DNA of 32,000 nt. Origin: an uncultured Actinomycetes bacterium (lineage in GTDB: Bacteria > Actinomycetota > Actinomycetes > S36-B12 > CAIYMF01). Under the pieces are notes generated by a model. It made no database searches. It was not told the DNA's origin and saw nothing but the letters and a program-made list of their open reading frames with translations. The stretch spans positions 120,001 through 152,000 of the forward strand of contig CAWJMG010000003.1 of NCBI GenBank assembly GCA_963843975.1. The letters run 5' to 3'. Below are positions 25,958-32,000 of the stretch, piece after piece. A program made the translations under genes and the position numbers. Within the stretch, counting starts at the first letter, position 1; the number at the start of each line of letters is the position of its first letter.

Positions 25958-26159
25958 GGTGTCCTCCGTGGTTGGCGGTGCCCCGAAGGGCTCGTCTGAA
26001 CGCCCTTCTCCCCGGGTGCCGCCGCCGGATGCCCGTCAGGGTGAGGCCCATGTCACGCCGGAGCGCGCATCCGCCTTTCTCTCAGGCGGGACGGGTCGTG
26101 GCCGATGGAGGGATAGACCCGCGTCAGCCCAGGACGCGGACCTACCGCAAGGACGCCTC

Positions 26160-27784
26160 GTGGTCGACTTCCTCCGCCGTTATCCGATCCGTGCCCGCCT
26201 GCTGCTGATCGGAGCGCTCCCGCTCGCGCTCAGCGCGGTCGTGGCGCTCGTCGCCGTGCTCGGCTTCACCGGCTCCGTGTCCGCCTCGGCGAGCGCTGCC
26301 GAGAAGCTCCGCCAAGGCCAAGGACGCGCTGGCCATGAAGTACCAGGCTGCGGACTGGAACGGCTGGCAGACGGCGTATGCCTTCGACGTCGCCCGCGGG
26401 GTCAAGGACGCCGTCGCCGACACCGGCGAGAGCCGTGCCGCCTTCCTGGCCTCCCAGGCCGTCCTGCTCGAGGAAGCTCACGGCGTTCGAGGCCCGCACG
26501 GACCTGACCGCCGAGCAGAGCGGCTTCGTCGCCGACGCGCGGACGAGCGTCGACGCCTTCGTCACGGTCGACGGCCAGATCGTCACGCTCTACAGCTCCG
26601 GCGCTGCCGCCGACAAGATCAAGGCGGACGAGCTGGTCCTGACCACCGAGATCGAGAACTACAACGCCGCCGCCGCAGCACTGGGCAAGCTGGCCGACGC
26701 GACGTCCGCCCAGGCGACCGCCGACGTCCAGGCCGCGACCGACGCAGCCGCTCGCTCCAAGATCATCATGATCGCCCTCGTGGTCCTCGGCATCGTGCTC
26801 GTCGGACTGACCGTGCTCGCGGTCGTCCGCTCGATCAGCCGCCCGCTGCTCGCCCTGCGCGACCGGCTCGCTGCCATCGCCGACGGCGAGGGCGACCTCA
26901 CCGCTCGCGTCGCCGAGGACGGCAAGGACGAGATCACCGAGGTGTCGTCTCTGTTCAACCGCTTCGTGCAGCAGATCGCCGACGTGATCGGCCGCGTCGC
27001 CAGCTCGGCGCAGACCGTGTCGGCCGCCGCCGAGGAGCTCACGGTGACGTCGAACCTGATGTCGACCTCCGCCGACACCACGGCGCAGCAGGCGCAGGTC
27101 GTCTCGGTCCGCACCGAGACGGTCAACGAGTCGGTCCAGACGGCCGCCACCGCGACCGACGAGCTCACGGCCTCGATCGCCCAGATCTCGTCGTCTGCCT
27201 GGGATGCCGCCCGCGTCGCCTCGACCGCCGTCGAGGTGGCCGAGACCACGAGCATCATCATGAACAAGCTCGGCGCCAGCAGCGAGGACATCGGCAAGGT
27301 CATCAAGGAGATCAAGGGCGTCGCCGACCAGACGAACCTGCTCGCGCTCAACGCCACGATCGAGTCGGCCCGTGCCGGCGAGGCGGGCAAGGGCTTCGCG
27401 GTCGTCGCGAGCGAGGTCAAGGACCTCGCCCGTGCCACCGCGACGGCGACGACCGACATCACCCAGAAGATCCAGGCGATCAACGACGACACCCTCGAGG
27501 CGATCTCGGCGATCGGTCAGATCTCGGGCACCATCGCGCAGATCAACGAGATCCAGCACTCGATCGCGTCGGCGGTCGAGGAGCAGACCGCGGCGATCAA
27601 CGAGATCGCGCGCAGCATGTCCGACGTCGCGAGCGGCTCGGGCCAGATCCAGGAGACCGTCGGCAGCGTGGCGGACGCGGCGCACGCGGCGTCGTCCGGC
27701 GCCGAGCAGACGCGTCAGGCCTCGCGCGAGCTCGCGGTCATGTCCTCCGAGCTCGAGAGCCTGGTCCAGGGCTTCCGCTACTGA
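26160..27784 (+). pseudogene. Methyl-accepting chemotaxis protein, two frame interruptions in the sensor domain
   Basis: GTG at 26160 with AAGGA 6 nt upstream. TM1 (RARLLLIGALPLALSAVVALVAVLG) is in frame 0 up to about 26309. The 4HB-like sensor ([26 protein letters not shown]) is in frame 1 up to about 26473. The rest is in frame 2: TM2, HAMP, and the signalling domain with [36 protein letters not shown]. Removing one base at each junction gives about 540 aa. Confidence 0.85.
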
Positions 27785-27800
27785 GCCTCTGGCACCTGGC

Positions 27801-27843
27801 ACGACGAAGGGCCGCACCCCACCGGGGTGCGGCCCTTCGTCGT
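27801..27843. terminator. Strong bidirectional hairpin terminator between convergent genes
   Basis: Perfect 20-nt arms (27801-27820 pair with 27824-27843) and a 3-nt loop. Lies between the stops at 27784 (+) and 27848 (-). Confidence 0.75.
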
Positions 27844-27847
27844 CGTA

Positions 27848-29205
27848 CTAGTTGCCGGTGAGGGCGAGGAACTGCTCCTCGAGGACCGTCAGGGCCTCGT
27901 CAAGCAGGTGCGACGGGATCGTGAGCGGCGGCAGGAAGCGCAGCACGTTGCCGTACGTGCCGGCGGTGAGCACCACGACGCCCTGGGCGTGGCAGGCCTT
28001 CGCGACGGCTGCGGTGAACGCGGCGTCCGGCTCGTCGGTGCCCGGCTTCACGATCTCGACCGCGATCATCGCGCCGCGGCCTCGGATCTCGCCGATGACG
28101 CCGGTCTTGTCGGCGATCGTCTGGAGGCGCGGCTTCATGACGGCCTCGATCTCACGCGCTCGCGCGTTGAGGTCGAGCTCCTCCATCGTCGCGATCGAGC
28201 CGAGCGCAGCGGCGCAGGCGACAGGGTTGCCGCCGTACGTGCCGCCGAGGCCGCCGACGTGCACGGCGTCCATGATCTCGGCGCGGCCGGTGACGCCGGC
28301 GAGCGGCAGACCGCCCGCGATGCCCTTCGCCGTGGTGATGACGTCGGGGACGATGCCCTCGTGCTCGCTGGCGAACCAGGCGCCGGTGCGGCAGAAGCCG
28401 CTCTGCACCTCGTCGGCGACGAAGACGATGCCGTTGGCGTTGGCGAACTCCGACCATGGCGGGCAGGAAGCCCTCGGCCGGGACGATGAAGCCGCCCTCG
28501 CCCGCGATGGGCTCGATGACGATGGCGGCGACGTTGTCGGCGCCGATCTCCTTGTCGATGCGGCTGATCGCGTCGGCCGCGGCCTTCGCGCCGTCGCGGC
28601 CGTCGTGGAACGGGTAGGACAGCGGCACGCGGTAGATCTCGGAGGCGAACGGGCCGAAGGACTGCTTGTAGGGCATGTTCTTCGCCGTCATGCGCCATCG
28701 TGAGGTTGGTGCGGCCGTGGTAGCCGTGCTCGAACACCACGACGGCGTCGCGCTTGGTGTAGGCGCGGGCGATCTTCACGGCGTTCTCGACGGCCTCGGC
28801 ACCGGTGTTGAACAGGGCCGAGCGCTTCTCGTGGTCGCCGGGGGTGAGGCGGTTGAGCGCCTCGCACACCTCGACGTAGCCCTCGTAGCTGCGTGACCAT
28901 GAAGCAGGTGTGGGTGAACTTCGCGACCTGCTCCTGGACGGCGGCGACGACCTTGGGCGCGGAGTTGCCCGACGCTGGTCACGGCGATGCCGGAGCCGAG
29001 GTCGATGAGCGAGTTGCCGTCGATGTCGAGGATCACGCCGCCGCCGGCGGCCTCGACGTAGATCGGCAGGGTGCCGCCGACGCCGGCGCTGACGGCCGAC
29101 ACGCGACGCGCCTGGAGCGTCGGCCGACTTGGGGCCGGGGATGGCGGTGACGAGGCGGCGCTCCTGGGGGAGGTCCGCGGCGAGGGGGGAGGAGGAGGTC
29201 GTCAT
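27848..29205 (-). pseudogene. gabT: 4-aminobutyrate (GABA) aminotransferase, five successive frame interruptions
   Basis: Class-III aminotransferase signal from ATG 29205 (MTTSSSPLAADLPQERRLVTAIPGPKS) to TAG at 27848-27850. It is readable only by shifting frame near 29119, 28969, 28890, 28691 and 28451. Fragments in order: LQARRVSAVSAGVGGTLPIYV...AVTSVG / NSAPKVVAAVQEQVAKFTHTCFMVT / YEGYVEVCEALN...GRTNLTMA / LTAKNMPYKQSFGPF...EGFLPAMV / EFANANGIVFVADEVQSGFCRTGAWF...TTAKGIAGGLP... Removing five bases gives 450 aa. Confidence 0.9.
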
Positions 29206-29279
29206 GGCCGACAGGCTACGGCTCCCCGGGGCCAGACTGTTGTGGACTTCTCGGCCATCCTCGGATCTACTCTTGTCCA

Positions 29280-29301
29280 GACCGGACATCGAGGTCCGGT
29301 C
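29280..29301. promoter_or_regulatory. Inverted repeat in the gabT/PucR divergent region (candidate operator)
   Basis: GACCGGAC-atcgag-GTCCGGTC, a perfect 8-bp inverted repeat. It lies 18 nt upstream of the PucR GTG and within the only AT-richer stretch of this 113-bp intergenic region. Confidence 0.4.
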
Positions 29302-29318
29302 CCCCAGGAGGTCCTGCC

Positions 29319-30844
29319 GTGCCGCCCCGCCTGCGTGATGTCGTCGCCCTGCCCGACCTCGGGCTGACCGTGCTGGCCGGGCGACCGCCCTGGACCGGCC
29401 GGTGCGCTGGGTCGCGGTCAGCGAGCTCGAGGACCCGGCCCCCTTCCTCGAGGGCGGCGAGCTGCTGCTCACGACCGGCATGCGCCTGCCGACCAAGGCT
29501 GCCGCGTGCTCGGCGTACGTCGCGCGCCTCGTCGCCGCCGACGTCGCCGCGCTCGGGCTCGGGGTGGGTCTGTCGCACGCCGAGGTGCCCGCCGCGCTGG
29601 TGTCCGCTGCCGACGGGCAGGGGCTGCCGCTCGTGCGGGTGCCCGAGCAGACCCCGTTCATCGCCGTCACCAAGGCCATCTCCCGGCTGCTGGCGGCCGA
29701 GGAGTACGACGAGGCTGCGCGCGGCTTCACCGCCCAGCGCGAGCTCATCCGCGCGGCGCTGACCGGGGAGGACGGCGTGGCCGCGGCAGTGGCCACTCGG
29801 CTCGCTAAGCACCTCGGCGGGTTCGCGCTCGTGCTCGACCCTGCGGGCACCGTGCTCCACGCGAGCCCGGCGTCGGCTGTGTCACGCGCAGCCGACCTCG
29901 CAGCGGAGGTCGCTCGGCTCCGGCCCAAGGGGCTGCTCGCGTCTGCAGCCCTGGCCGGCTCGGACGAGTACGTCGTGCTGCAGCCGCTCGGGGTCCGCGG
30001 CAAGGCGCGCGGCTTCCTGGCTGTCGGGGCAGCGGCGCCGCTGTCGGCCAACGACCAGGCCGTCGTCAACCTCGCCGTCTCGCTCCTGTCGCTGTCGCTC
30101 GCCCGCTCGGAGGGGCGCACCGCGTCCGAGCGCGGCGTGCGGGCGGCTGCCGTGCGGCTGCTGCTCGACGGCCACGCCGCGTCGTTGCCGCTCGACTCCC
30201 TCGGTTGGTCTGCGCTGCGCTCGCGCCCGGTGCGGGTCGTCGTCGCTCGCGCGTCCGACAGCGAGCCGGCCGTGCTGGCTGCCGTCGAGGAGCGGCTCGC
30301 GGAGGTGCTGCCGGGCAGTGCGATCGCGGCCGGCCTGCTTCCCGACGACCCCGCGGTGGTCCTGGCCGTGGCGCCGTCCGCATCGCTCGAGGCCGCGCCG
30401 GCCGCGGGTCTCGCGGGTGACGACGACGACGTGGTGCGGGCTGCCGGTGTGGGCGACACGTCCGACGTCGACGACCCGGCGGCGCTCGGCCGGTCCCTGG
30501 CTCGTGCGCGCCGGGCGCTCGCCGCCGGCGCCGACGGGCTCCGCCGCTACGACGACCTCGGCGGCGGGCTGGAGGCGCTGCTCGACCCAGCAGCCGCCGA
30601 CGCGTGGGCGCGCGCACTGCTCGCGCCGCTCGACGAGCCGGGGGAGCGCGCGGATCTCGCGGCCACGCTCTCGGCCTGGCTGGGCCGGCACGGCCAGGTC
30701 GACGCCGCGGCCGCCGACCTCGGCGTGCACCGCCACACCGTCCGCCACCGCCTGCGCCGCGCGGAGGCCCTGCTCGGCCGCAGCCTGGACGACCCCGGCG
30801 TACGCGCCGAGCTCTGGCTGGCCCTCACCCGCACCCCCAGCTGA
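29319..30844 (+). pseudogene. PucR-family transcriptional regulator (GabR-like position), N-terminal frame interruption
   Basis: GTG at 29319 with AGGAGG upstream gives MPPRLRDVVALPDLGLTVLAG in frame 0. The conserved continuation ALDRPVRWVAVSELEDPAPFLEGGELLLTTG is in frame 2 from about 29385. The paralog at 8357-10012 has the same N-terminal block uninterrupted. C-terminal PucR HTH (LGVHRHTVRHRLRRAEALLG). The change needs one missing base or two extra bases near 29375-29392. Confidence 0.8.
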
Positions 30845-30929
30845 GGGACTGTCCGGCCTGGCGGTTCTACGCGGCTCCGTTGTCCGTCCTGGAGACCGGG
30901 CCGCCGTGCGGGCGCCGTACCGTCGTCAC

Positions 30930-32000
<1,071 letters not shown>

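Noticed and set aside
25958-26045. GCATCC upstream of the second fasciclin gene as a third SigK-type promoter.
   Set aside because: The -35-like hexamer is imperfect and no CGAAC-like element lies 16-17 nt downstream (only GAGAAG/AGAAGG). A GAAGGGC/GCCCTTC hairpin occupies the leader instead.
27848-29205. Programmed ribosomal frameshifting or recoding as an explanation for the split gabT, MCP and SDH frames.
   Set aside because: There are multiple shifts per gene, with no shared slippery heptamer or downstream stimulatory structure at the junctions. The junction contexts differ from one another.
29255-29282. CCATCC-N16-CCAGAC on the plus strand upstream of the second PucR gene as a SigK-dependent promoter.
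   Set aside because: The -10-like hexamer matches CCGAAC at only 4 of 6 positions and lacks the CGAACTGC extension. Not distinguishable from chance.
909-30459. Very long ORFs antisense to or overlapping the called genes (for example 909-2255 +, 2154-3569 -, 5933-7933 +, 10370-12019 -, 11944-14484 -, 18210-20870 -, 28135-30459 -).
   Set aside because: These are typical high-GC shadow ORFs. Their translations are low-complexity R/G/A/P/D/H-rich with no family motifs, and the opposite or alternative frame carries a clearly recognisable protein with GC3 bias.

Overview
Gene-dense, high-GC (about 70% or more by eye) chromosomal segment that looks actinobacterial: GC3-rich codons, GTG starts, Tat/lipobox signals and G+C hairpin terminators without T-tracts. 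I found no rRNA or tRNA genes, CRISPR arrays, transposases, integrases, phage genes or recognisable defence or toxin systems, so I cannot support a mobile or defence island here.

Layout:
- 1-4.4 kb: a 5'-truncated succinate-semialdehyde-dehydrogenase-like ALDH, an MFS transporter and a cytoplasmic MopB-type molybdoenzyme.
- 4.4-8.4 kb (minus strand): a SigK/RskA-type ECF sigma/anti-sigma pair, an MPT70/MPT83-like fasciclin lipoprotein and a membrane-anchored sulfite-oxidase-family molybdoenzyme. Both non-regulatory genes are preceded by the same CCATCC-N16/17-CGAACTGC promoter-like motif.
- 8.4-20.4 kb: a polyamine uptake and catabolism cluster with a PucR regulator, an aminoaldehyde dehydrogenase, a PotA-type ABC importer, a fatty-acid-hydroxylase-family membrane protein, a DAO-type flavoenzyme and MmsA.
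- 20.5-32 kb: a hypothetical gene, a VOC protein, an APC permease, a MarR regulator, a saccharopine-dehydrogenase-family gene, a second fasciclin lipoprotein, an MCP, gabT, a second PucR regulator and a fourth ALDH (3' truncated).

The two observations most worth follow-up are the compact SigK regulon-like module with its shared promoter motif and apparently leaderless molybdoenzyme gene, and a local cluster of about 11 frame disruptions, nearly all of the single-extra-base type. These break five genes between 20.5 and 29.4 kb (gabT alone five times), while the first 20 kb has none. That cluster is either very recent decay of the GABA module and its neighbours or a local drop in consensus quality. 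The sequence alone cannot tell which. All function calls rest on motif and family recognition by eye; no searches were run.
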